Shown here: positions 11,503 to 20,225 of the stretch, one piece after another
Layout of the letters: each line of letters begins with the position of its first letter
Position numbering within the stretch: position 1 is the first letter of the stretch
Assembly: GCA_041906765.1 (NCBI GenBank)
Contig: JAYRIP010000005.1
Coordinates: 65,581 to 129,580 of the forward strand
Source of the DNA: Candidatus Saccharimonadales bacterium
GTDB lineage: Bacteria; Patescibacteriota; Saccharimonadia; Saccharimonadales; JAYRRP01
DNA length: 64,000 bases
Reading direction: 5' to 3'
Made by a program: the position numbers and the translations under genes
The notes under the pieces: model-generated
The model's input: only the letters and a program-made list of their open reading frames with translations
Told to the model about the DNA's origin: nothing
Database searches by the model: none

Positions 11503-12582
11503 CTACGTGTAAAAACCTAAGACTATCTTCGTAACAGTATCGCTGACATTATCAACAAGATATTCCGGCGGGGGGGTCCACCCTCGGGATGCTTCTATGA
11601 CTGCCTGCACACCGCGGAGAATTGCTGACGGTTCACAGCCTGAGATAAAGTTACTACCCACTTCAATTGTCTCTGGACGCTCTGTAGTATCTCGTAAAGT
11701 CACAGTAGGGACACCAAAGATAGCACATTCTTCTTGCACAGTACCACTATCGCTTAATACACACCGGGCATTCTTTTCTAGCTTCACAAAATCAAACAAT
11801 CCCAATGGTGCTATAGCCTGTACGCCCTTATGAAGTGCAAGATTTTTCATGGTATCGAGTTGTTTTCTGGTGCGAGGATGGACACTCCAGACTATTGGCT
11901 GGCGGTACTTTTCGTATAACTCATTGAAAGCCTCCACAAATTTTTCAAGCCTATAATCAATATCAACGTTTTCCGCGCGATGCAGGGTAGCTAACATGTA
12001 TTGATTTGCTTCTAAGTTCAGTTGCTTCAGTATTGTGCTTTCTTCTATTTGAGGCTCGTAATGATCAAGTACTTCCTTAATCGGGTTGCCAGTGACATAA
12101 ATATGCTGACCTGCAATACCTTCAGTCAATAAATTCTTGCGGCTTCGCTCAGTGTACGGCAACAGCACATCACTACAGTGGTCAATAATACGCCGATTCA
12201 CTTCTTCTGGCACACGATCGTCGTAACAACGATTGCCAGCCTCCATGTGGAATACTCTTATTCCTAGTCGCTTCGCCATGATAGCTCCCAGGCTACTATT
12301 CGTATCCCCTAATACCAGAAAAGCATCTGGCTTTTCTTTTTCTATAATTTGTTCGAGCTTTGAACAGATCGTACCAATCTGCTCACCAAAGCTACCTCTT
12401 GCATTAAGGTAATAATTGGCTTTCCGTATGTTTAGCTCTTTAAGAAAAATGTCATTAAGGTTCTTATCGTAGTTCTGGCCCGTATGCACTAATATCTGGT
12501 CGCATAGTTTATCTAATTTCTTGATTATTATGCAGAGTCTGATGAGCTCAGGTCTGGTACCGACTATTGTTAATAATTTCAT
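11503..12582 (-). CDS. non-hydrolysing UDP-N-acetylglucosamine 2-epimerase family (WecB/FnlC/CapG-like)
   Basis: The N-terminus is MKLLTIVGTRPELIRL, with the motifs HTGQNYD, GDTNS, HMEAGNR and DSGTVQEE, which are typical of the family. Confidence 0.85.
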   Translation of the reverse strand: MKLLTIVGTRPELIRLCIIIKKLDKLCDQILVHTGQNYDKNLNDIFLKELNIRKANYYLNARGSFGEQIGTICSKLEQIIEKEKPDAFLVLGDTNSSLGAIMAKRLGIRVFHMEAGNRCYDDRVPEEVNRRIIDHCSDVLLPYTERSRKNLLTEGIAGQHIYVTGNPIKEVLDHYEPQIEESTILKQLNLEANQYMLATLHRAENVDIDYRLEKFVEAFNELYEKYRQPIVWSVHPRTRKQLDTMKNLALHKGVQAIAPLGLFDFVKLEKNARCVLSDSGTVQEECAIFGVPTVTLRDTTERPETIEVGSNFISGCEPSAILRGVQAVIEASRGWTPPPEYLVDNVSDTVTKIVLGFYT

Positions 12583-13511
12583 GATACATTCAATGACTTA
12601 GGAAAGTTATAAGCTGCGAGTTCTGCAACCATTTGCTCAATAGTTGGCGGGCTATCATAGCCGGCAGCGGCCCAAATTTTTGCATTCAATGTTGTATCGT
12701 TTGTAGCAAGCGTTCTGTCAATGACCTTGGGTGCCTCTACTTCATTTATTTTTATATCACCCCTGTTGAATTCTTTAGCAAAACTTCTCAGCAAGTTCGC
12801 TTTTGAAATAAGATTACCAGGTAAAACATGTTGTAAGTGAGGTAGGGAAATACTCTTTGAAATTATACCTTCGGCTACTTTCGCAAAATGAAGAGTGGTA
12901 ACGCCATTCCACTGGTGATTCGTAAAACCATTAACTTCAGCTTTCTTCTTTTGGCTTAAAAACCAATTCATGAGCGAGAGGTGCCCTTTGAGCTCGGGTC
13001 CAATTATCGAGCATCTGATATGATACATACTATCTAAATATGCTTCACCAAGACTCTTTGTCTTGCCATACACGTCAGTTGCATCGTGCAAATCACTCTC
13101 AACATACTCTCCTTTCTCCCCTGAGTAAACACAGTCAGTCGCTATTTGTATAACCTTTGACTCTCTAGCCTTTGCTGCTTTTCCTAAATTATAGGGAAAT
13201 AACGCATTCGTGCGAATTGCTCGTTCAGATTCTTCTGAGTTATCATCATGGATATAGGGTTTTATGACCCCAATCGCGTTAATTATCCATTCAGCTCCGT
13301 CTATTGCCTTCATAATCTGATCAAGATCGGCTTCTTGCGAGTCTAGTTCGCGGAATTCTACACTTGGATAAGACTTTTTTAGTTGGGCGAGTAGCGATTT
13401 ATTTCTATAAGTTCCAATAACCGTAAAATTACCACTTTTAACGAATGAGTCTAACGTAATACTGCCCAACATTCCCGTCACCCCTAGAATTGCTATTGTT
13501 GGTTTTGACAC
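12579..13511 (-). CDS. NAD(P)-dependent sugar-nucleotide reductase (SDR, RmlD/FnlB-like)
   Basis: It has the Rossmann motif IAILGVTGMLGS, a catalytic YGKTKSLGE (YxxxK), and a 4-nt overlap with the downstream 2-epimerase gene. Confidence 0.6.
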   Translation of the reverse strand: MSKPTIAILGVTGMLGSITLDSFVKSGNFTVIGTYRNKSLLAQLKKSYPSVEFRELDSQEADLDQIMKAIDGAEWIINAIGVIKPYIHDDNSEESERAIRTNALFPYNLGKAAKARESKVIQIATDCVYSGEKGEYVESDLHDATDVYGKTKSLGEAYLDSMYHIRCSIIGPELKGHLSLMNWFLSQKKKAEVNGFTNHQWNGVTTLHFAKVAEGIISKSISLPHLQHVLPGNLISKANLLRSFAKEFNRGDIKINEVEAPKVIDRTLATNDTTLNAKIWAAAGYDSPPTIEQMVAELAAYNFPKSLNVS

Positions 13512-13541
13512 TCAAGACCTCCTTCTTGGACTATTTAGAGT

Positions 13542-14000
13542 TCACCTCTCCTCAACTGACCATATATCCCAAAAGCGAGCATCATATCTAATATCATCAT
13601 TGAGCGACTCTTCAAGCGTTGAGGTTGAGAAAAATATAATTTGTGCATCATCAGATAGCGACTTAAATCCATTGGCATATCCTGCAGGAATGTAGAGGAC
13701 TTTGGGGCTTTTTTCGGATAGTATGAAGCGGTGAACTTCAGCTTTTTTTGAAGGATGGTCCCAATTATCTATAGGGACTGCCCCTACAAGGGCTGAGCCC
13801 TTCACTACTAATACGTACTTGGCTTCTTTTTTGTGTGCGTGCCAAGCTCGTACAAATCCTCGAGCGTGGTTTGATACCATGTAAAATCTCTTGACTCCCT
13901 TAAAGTCAAACTCATTCACGAACGATACTTGTCCTCTATCGTCAACTGCAAGACCACCGTTTATTAATTGTGGAGTGCTCTTCCTATTTGCCATTTTCAT
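13542..14000 (-). CDS. cupin-fold sugar-nucleotide epimerase/isomerase (WxcM/FdtA/CapF C-terminal-domain-like)
   Basis: It is 152 aa with the cupin His motif RAWHAHKKEAKY and LYIPAGYANGF. It sits between two SDR genes of a nucleotide-sugar operon. Confidence 0.55.
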   Translation of the reverse strand: MKMANRKSTPQLINGGLAVDDRGQVSFVNEFDFKGVKRFYMVSNHARGFVRAWHAHKKEAKYVLVVKGSALVGAVPIDNWDHPSKKAEVHRFILSEKSPKVLYIPAGYANGFKSLSDDAQIIFFSTSTLEESLNDDIRYDARFWDIWSVEER

Positions 14001-14943
14001 CTACCAATTTATGAGTGTGAAACATTTCTAGGTAACCTTGGTTTGAGTAGCGGGGATTATTCAGATCTTTTATACGTCTTTCACTAATAAGTTTTTTCAC
14101 TTCTTTAATGCCATCTATCGCGCCGTATTGGGGGCTAAAACCAAAAGCATCAAGAGCTTTTTGGCTGCTTGCTTTGTAGTTTCTTGAGTCCTGGAACTTC
14201 ATCTCCACAATTTCAAATTCTATGTCAGGAATTTCCTTTTCTACTTCTCTAGCCAAGTCTAAAATTTTGACATTTTCTTTATGTAAATTAAATATGCCTG
14301 CATGGTCAGTTTCGAGGTTGTCTGCTACAGCTTGCGCTGCGTCTTTTACATGGAGCAATGGACGGTATTGCTCGCCACCAAAAACCTTTAGTTTACCATC
14401 AATAATTGCACGGGTAGTTAGAGTGTTAACTACGAGATCAAGTCGAATTCTTGAATATGTATCTCCAAGGCCAAAAAGAGTTCCGAGTCTAAAAATTATG
14501 GCATTCTTATCCTGTAAGTATTTTTCGGCAGCAAGTTTTGTGACTGCATACACAGAGAGAGGGTCAGTGGGTGAACCTTCACTAAGTATGCCGTCTTGTG
14601 CCCCATATACCGAGCATGTCGACATAAATATTATCCTACCGTCAAAATTACGTGCTAACCACTTCACTGTCTCTTGATTCACCTCAGTAGAAATATCAGG
14701 ATTGAGCGCACACGCTCCATCTCCCACAATGGCAGCCAACCAGACTACTGCATCTGCCCACTTTAATTGCTCTTTTAGATGAGCTTTGTTCCTAATATCG
14801 CCCAATACAAACGGCACTTCCTTTAGATAAGCCTCTTCATACATGAGCGCATCGTATACCCGTACCTCATGCTTTGTTTTTAACAATAAGTCAGTGAGAG
14901 CTCCCCCTAAATATCCTGCTCCTCCAGTAATCAAGACTTTCAA
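13984..14943 (-). CDS. NAD-dependent sugar-nucleotide epimerase/dehydratase (extended SDR)
   Basis: The N-terminus is MKVLITGGAGYLGGAL, with catalytic STCSVYG and YAVTKLAAE (YxxxK). It is the first gene of the 14943->11503 operon. Confidence 0.75.
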   Translation of the reverse strand: MKVLITGGAGYLGGALTDLLLKTKHEVRVYDALMYEEAYLKEVPFVLGDIRNKAHLKEQLKWADAVVWLAAIVGDGACALNPDISTEVNQETVKWLARNFDGRIIFMSTCSVYGAQDGILSEGSPTDPLSVYAVTKLAAEKYLQDKNAIIFRLGTLFGLGDTYSRIRLDLVVNTLTTRAIIDGKLKVFGGEQYRPLLHVKDAAQAVADNLETDHAGIFNLHKENVKILDLAREVEKEIPDIEFEIVEMKFQDSRNYKASSQKALDAFGFSPQYGAIDGIKEVKKLISERRIKDLNNPRYSNQGYLEMFHTHKLVDENGK

Positions 14944-15109
14944 TTTTTTCTCCCTATCTTGTCGTAATTATCCCATAAACAGTCATATCTTATCAAGTAA
15001 TACTCAAGCAGTTAACGTATGTGTTCATATTTGTAATAATATGGCTATGAGGATATGGGAAATTATTGGCATTTATTATTAATATGTGAAAATACAGAAG
15101 AGGAGCGAA

Positions 15110-15880
15110 ATGAATAGCAAACAAAGAAACCAGCGGTATTACAAAACGTATTGGAATGAACGCATGATTAATTACCTGTACAGAAGCGCAGGAAGTCGTT
15201 GGTTTGATCATTTATTTGAGATTATTTTGGCAAAAATCCCTAAAAGTTCCGTAAAATCAGTAGCTGATATTGGCTGCGGTGTCGGTAACAAAACAGCCAC
15301 CATGGCAAAGTATTTTCCGAAAGCAAAGGTTGTTGGTTATGATTTTTCCAAAGCTGGTATTGAAGCCGCGATAAACTATCACAAAATAAAAAGTGGCATA
15401 AAAAACCTTAATTTTGAAACCTCTGACGTCACCAGTTCAAAAAGTAATAAAAGGTTTGATCTTATAACCGCTTTTGATTTCCTTGAACATATAGAAGATT
15501 GGCAGGATATAACAAAGAAACTTATTAATATCAATAATCGTTATATGATAATTTCGTCGCCTGTAGGAAGAATGCGTCCATACGAAGTACATATAGGTCA
15601 TGTTCGTAATTTTAAAAAAGACGAGATTGAAACCTTTATGGAAGCTCAAGGTTACAAAACAGTGAAAAGGTTTTATGCCGGCTTCCCTTTTCACTCGCCG
15701 ATACTAAGGAATGTAACAAATATGTTTTACAAAAACTACGCCGCTTTACCAGAATCTGAGATGAGTTTTATATCAAGACGTATGCATGATATTTGGTATT
15801 TTTTATTTCGATACTGTTCAATGAAAAACAAGGGTGATATCTTCGTCGGTTTATTTGAGAAAAAGAAAACCAATAGATGA
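15110..15880 (+). CDS. class I SAM-dependent methyltransferase
   Basis: SAM-binding motif I is VADIGCGVGNKT and the post-I motif is VVGYDFS. The ATG at 15110 follows AGGAG by 5 nt, whereas the track start at GTG 15086 lacks an RBS. Confidence 0.75.
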   Translation: MNSKQRNQRYYKTYWNERMINYLYRSAGSRWFDHLFEIILAKIPKSSVKSVADIGCGVGNKTATMAKYFPKAKVVGYDFSKAGIEAAINYHKIKSGIKNLNFETSDVTSSKSNKRFDLITAFDFLEHIEDWQDITKKLININNRYMIISSPVGRMRPYEVHIGHVRNFKKDEIETFMEAQGYKTVKRFYAGFPFHSPILRNVTNMFYKNYAALPESEMSFISRRMHDIWYFLFRYCSMKNKGDIFVGLFEKKKTNR

Positions 15881-17115
15881 GTAAGTCCGGATCACATCAG
15901 AAGATTCTGGTGATAACACAGCATTTTTGGCCTGAGGCCTTTCGCATCAACGATCTATGTGATTTCTTGATTGACAAAGACTGTGAGATTGATGTGTTAT
16001 GTGGAATCCCTAATTATCCCAAGGGAAAATTCTATCAGAATTATTCATACTTCCAGAACCGGAGGCAACAACACCATAATGTCAATATAAGACGAGCGTT
16101 TGAAATTCCACGTGGGAATAATTCGGACTTCCGAATTTTTGTTAACTATATTTCCTTCCCGATTGCGAGTTTGTTCCATCTACCACGGTTGCTCACTAAA
16201 CGTTATGATAAGATCTTTATTTTTCAAACTTCGCCCGTAATGATGGGTATTGTTGGTATTTTTCTCAGAAAGATTAAGAAGATAGAGACTACTATGTATG
16301 TACTAGATTTATGGCCAGAAAATTTATTTTCTGTCCTTGATATTAAAAATACTTTGACTCGCAAAATTGCGACGAAGGTTTCGCGGTGGCACTACCGAAA
16401 TGTTGATAAGCTCATTGCCCTTTCCGAAAAGATGCAAGAATGCTTATTAAGTTTCACTGATCTTCCGGAAGACAAAATTATTGTTTTACCCCAAGTCTGC
16501 GAAAAAATATATGAAAATGATATTCAAGATAATGGGTTAGTGACAAGGTTCAAGAATGGTTTCAATGTTCTCTTCACCGGCAATATAAGTCCGGCCCAAT
16601 CCTTTGAAACAATACTAAAGGCCGCTGAGTATTTAGACAAACAGGGTGTGCATGATATCAATTGGATTGTCGTGGGCGACGGTATGTCAAAGCCCTGGTT
16701 AGAAAAAGAAGTGAGCATTCTAGGCTTATCTAAAAACTTCTACTTTGAAGGTTTTAAACCGATAACCGACATTCCTAAATATACCCCCCTTGCCGATGTA
16801 CTCATTGCTTGTCTAAAAAAGAGCGAGCTTTTAGAAGCAACCATACCAGCAAAAGTTATGTCCTACATAGCTGCTGGTCGCCCCATCATTCTCGCTATGG
16901 ATGGAGAAGTTCAAGACCTAATTAACCACAAAATTAAATGTGGTTATGCAAGTCCAACGGGAGACTGGAAAACTCTCGCAAACAATATTAACCGATTACA
17001 TAATCTTACTTCTAATCAAAGAAACCAAATGGGTAAGCGCGCTCGTGATTATCACTTCAAGCATTTTGAAAGAAATATGATTTATCAGCAGCTATATAAT
17101 TTCATCTTCAATTAA
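15877..17115 (+). CDS. glycosyltransferase family 4, WbuB/WcaI-like
   Basis: The N-terminus KILVITQHFWPEAFRINDL is typical of the WbuB-like GT4 subgroup, which in O-antigen loci often transfers L-FucNAc-type sugars. The start overlaps the upstream stop (ATGA). Confidence 0.7.
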   Translation: MSKSGSHQKILVITQHFWPEAFRINDLCDFLIDKDCEIDVLCGIPNYPKGKFYQNYSYFQNRRQQHHNVNIRRAFEIPRGNNSDFRIFVNYISFPIASLFHLPRLLTKRYDKIFIFQTSPVMMGIVGIFLRKIKKIETTMYVLDLWPENLFSVLDIKNTLTRKIATKVSRWHYRNVDKLIALSEKMQECLLSFTDLPEDKIIVLPQVCEKIYENDIQDNGLVTRFKNGFNVLFTGNISPAQSFETILKAAEYLDKQGVHDINWIVVGDGMSKPWLEKEVSILGLSKNFYFEGFKPITDIPKYTPLADVLIACLKKSELLEATIPAKVMSYIAAGRPIILAMDGEVQDLINHKIKCGYASPTGDWKTLANNINRLHNLTSNQRNQMGKRARDYHFKHFERNMIYQQLYNFIFN

Positions 17116-17137
17116 AATTTTGTACAATACAGAACAC

Positions 17138-17494
17138 ATGCTTTCAAAATTAATTCTCGGGCTTTACGTGCTCACAACATCTGCCGGACTAATTATCCTA
17201 AAGCTAGGGACGCGTAACGGTTTACCTCTAAGTCTAGCTAATCAGAAATTGCAACTAAATATTAATGCCTATTCAATCCTGGGTATTTTTCTATATGCCG
17301 TAAGCTTTGTTATGTATATGTATCTTATTTCTAAAAATGATCTTGGCTACATCATCCCACTCGCCGCTGCTTTTGTATACATACTCATTTTTTTTGGTTC
17401 ATATCTGGTTTTCAAAGAAACATTTACACAAATGAAAATTATCGGCATTGCATTAATCTTGGGTGGGCTTATTTTCCTGAATCTTGGTAAATAG
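17138..17494 (+). CDS. small 4-TM membrane protein (SMR/EamA-like; possible lipid-linked sugar flippase subunit, ArnE/F-like)
   Basis: It is about 118 aa with four hydrophobic helices, immediately upstream of polytopic paralog B. The function is inferred from size, topology and context only. The start could be TTG 17120 or ATG 17138. Confidence 0.35.
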   Translation: MLSKLILGLYVLTTSAGLIILKLGTRNGLPLSLANQKLQLNINAYSILGIFLYAVSFVMYMYLISKNDLGYIIPLAAAFVYILIFFGSYLVFKETFTQMKIIGIALILGGLIFLNLGK

Positions 17495-17541
17495 CTTCTG
17501 TGCCCCATCCTGTAGAAGTGTCATGATAAACTTACTATTAA

Positions 17542-19548
17542 ATGGCCTTAAAGTCGAAACAGTCTGAGTATTGGGGTACTTTATTGACACGCTTGAAGCA
17601 GTTTATTCGGAGTATCTGGTTATTTCCAGTTATTTTGACCATCCTTTTGATACTTCTAACTGTCTGCAAGATTAATGGCAGTTCTATTGGGTCCTATTAC
17701 GCGCTATTTTATGGTAAAAAGAATGACCCCGAACTTGTAGTAAACGAACCACAATCTATTCGTTCAGATGAATGGCTCATAAACACCCCAATGACAATTG
17801 CTCAAAAGAATAATGGTTTTCGTGAGATAAATCAAAATGTCGGGAATGGGCAGAATATGTCTATTTTAATCGATGTTCCCTATAAGGGCTGGTCAGAGCT
17901 TTTCAAGCCGCACAATCTAGTTTTCTTTGTGCTTCCACTTGACTATGCCTTTGCTTTTCGATGGTGGTTTACAGCATACCTGCTCATTCTTAGTTGTTAT
18001 TTTTTTGTATTAGCATTAATACCTCGTAAAAGATTTTTGGCAATAGGTATATCTCTCTTCGTATTCTTTAGCCCCTTCGTACAGTGGTGGTATCTCTATG
18101 GAACAGTTGGACCAATATATTACTCGCTTTTCGCAGGAGTAGTCTTTATAAAAATTCTCTCTGAAAAGCGAAAATGGATAAGTGTACTTTGGGGACTTTT
18201 GCTTGCGTACCTACTATCTTGTTTTGCTCTCGTTTTTTATCCCCCCTTTCAAATTGCTTGTTTACTTGCCATGGCTGGCTTTGCAATAGGCTATTTATTA
18301 GAAAAAAGGCAAGTACTACCAACGAAAATCTTATGGCAAAAATTGGCTATTTTATCAGCAGCTGCTCTTATTACAGGAATGATTACGTTTCTATTTGTCC
18401 ATAGCCGAATGGATGTCATACGAAGCATACAAAATACTACATACCCTGGAAATCGTATTCAGAAAAGCGGTGGGTTTGATCTCACCCACCTTTTCGCTAA
18501 TAACCTGGGGGGACAGCTGCAATTACCAACAAAAGCTGTAAATTATAGGATAAATCATGAAGTTACAAATCCAAGCGAAGCTTCCAACTTTATTTTACTT
18601 CTTCCGTTTCTCCTCTTACCCTCATTTTACTTACTATTAAAACAATATAGAAAAACGAGACAACTCAGCTACTCACTGTTGTTTGTGAATATTGCGTTCT
18701 TGATTGGTCTTATATGGTTACTCCTTCCACATATTGATTTTATAGGTAAGCTCACTTTCCTTAGTCGTGTCCCTCACTCACGTCTACTCATTGGGCTCGG
18801 CCTCTTAAATATTTTACAAATAGTCCTCTTTATTCGTCTGTACAGTCACTTTAAAAAAGAAATTATCAATAAAAGACTTGTCCTTGGATACGTTGTTGCT
18901 GTTTTTCTAATCGAATCTGCCCTAAGTCTTTACGTCAGACATCTATCGCCTGGATTCATAAGAATTTCACAAGCAATTATTTTGTCTGCACCCATACCTA
19001 TTAGCTTGTACTTATTACTTAGAAAACGGTTTGAGTGGGCCATACTCGTGTTAATGATTTTTAGCTTTTATATGACATATAAGGTTAACCCTTTATATAA
19101 AGGTGTTCATGTATTGACAGAAACCCCAGTATCAAAAGCAATACAGAATATTGCTAAAAAGGACAGTGCTTCAACATGGGCAGTAGAATATTCTACATTG
19201 GAGAACTTTGTGTTTATGAATGGTGGTCACTCATTATCCGCGGTCTACACTTATCCTCAACTTCCATTGTGGCGTGATGCAGACAACGGAAGTCAACAAG
19301 CTATCTATAATCGCTACGCTCACACAAGTTTCAGTTTTGATCGGAACCCAAACGCCAACACTCCCACTCAATTAGAATTGCTCGGTCAAGATATTTTTCG
19401 GGTCAGAACTGAGCCATGCAGTAGTTATTTGAAAAACCATCAGGTTCGTTATCTTTTAGCCGCCGCAGAGCTTAAAGATAACTGTGTTTCCCTGGTAAAA
19501 CAAATTGATTATCCGCTACAAAGTTTTTATATTTATTCGTTAAACTAA
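17542..19548 (+). CDS. large polytopic membrane protein, putative GT-C-type extracytoplasmic glycosyltransferase (paralog B)
   Basis: It is 668 aa and collinear with 8365..10365, sharing the conserved blocks listed there. Confidence 0.4.
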   Translation: MALKSKQSEYWGTLLTRLKQFIRSIWLFPVILTILLILLTVCKINGSSIGSYYALFYGKKNDPELVVNEPQSIRSDEWLINTPMTIAQKNNGFREINQNVGNGQNMSILIDVPYKGWSELFKPHNLVFFVLPLDYAFAFRWWFTAYLLILSCYFFVLALIPRKRFLAIGISLFVFFSPFVQWWYLYGTVGPIYYSLFAGVVFIKILSEKRKWISVLWGLLLAYLLSCFALVFYPPFQIACLLAMAGFAIGYLLEKRQVLPTKILWQKLAILSAAALITGMITFLFVHSRMDVIRSIQNTTYPGNRIQKSGGFDLTHLFANNLGGQLQLPTKAVNYRINHEVTNPSEASNFILLLPFLLLPSFYLLLKQYRKTRQLSYSLLFVNIAFLIGLIWLLLPHIDFIGKLTFLSRVPHSRLLIGLGLLNILQIVLFIRLYSHFKKEIINKRLVLGYVVAVFLIESALSLYVRHLSPGFIRISQAIILSAPIPISLYLLLRKRFEWAILVLMIFSFYMTYKVNPLYKGVHVLTETPVSKAIQNIAKKDSASTWAVEYSTLENFVFMNGGHSLSAVYTYPQLPLWRDADNGSQQAIYNRYAHTSFSFDRNPNANTPTQLELLGQDIFRVRTEPCSSYLKNHQVRYLLAAAELKDNCVSLVKQIDYPLQSFYIYSLN

Positions 19549-19632
19549 CGGCTAAACTCGTCCTGTTAGATATTGACTAATGTAAAGTGTTTATGTTATT
19601 ATAACCTTACAGTCAGTCAACACAAATATGGA

Positions 19633-20223
19633 ATGAACAACTATCGCATAAAAAACACCAAAGGAAGTAGGAAAGCAACAAGAAATAAGTTACTTATTGG
19701 CTTCGGTGTTATTTTTTTCTCTGCCCTAATTATTGGTGGTCTTTATAAGGCAAATATATTGACCCTACCGTGGTTACATAAGAAAACCCCGTCCAGCAAT
19801 GGAACGGGTATAAATTACGGTCCTCCAACCAAGCAAGAGAAAGAAGAAACACAAGCTCACAAGGACTCACTAGGTCAAAACGATAATTCAGGTACTACGG
19901 CGCCTCCTTCTTCGGGTCAGAAAAAAAGTGTTACACCCGTTATAAGCTCATGGGGTCAAAATCTACAAACTCAAGACGTTGAAATAAGTGGCTATGTAGC
20001 AGGAGTATTTGAGGAAGGTGGTACTTGCACCGCAACATTATCAAAAGATAACCAAAAAGTGAGCGAATCAAAACAGGCAACAATAAACGCTCAAAACGTA
20101 AGTTGCGGTTTTATTTCAATTAGCAGATCAAAGCTTTCTGCTGGGAATTGGATAGTTACACTCGCTTATTCATCAGGATCCGCCCAAGGGAACTCACAAA
20201 ACCAAACATTAGAAGTAAAATAA
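19633..20223 (+). CDS. hypothetical membrane-anchored/secreted protein
   Basis: From the ATG at 19633 the protein begins MNNYRIKN, followed by a TM helix (LLIGFGVIFFSALIIGGL), a low-complexity S/T/Q-rich linker and a small beta-rich C-terminal domain. I recognised no family. Confidence 0.5.
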   Translation: MNNYRIKNTKGSRKATRNKLLIGFGVIFFSALIIGGLYKANILTLPWLHKKTPSSNGTGINYGPPTKQEKEETQAHKDSLGQNDNSGTTAPPSSGQKKSVTPVISSWGQNLQTQDVEISGYVAGVFEEGGTCTATLSKDNQKVSESKQATINAQNVSCGFISISRSKLSAGNWIVTLAYSSGSAQGNSQNQTLEVK

Positions 20224-20225
20224 TT

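Noticed and set aside
11478-11508. Hairpin TAGCAGT-N15-ACTGCTA between convergent genes as a bidirectional terminator
   Set aside because: The loop is long (about 15 nt), there is no flanking T/A run, and part of the hairpin overlaps both stop codons. This is too weak to annotate.
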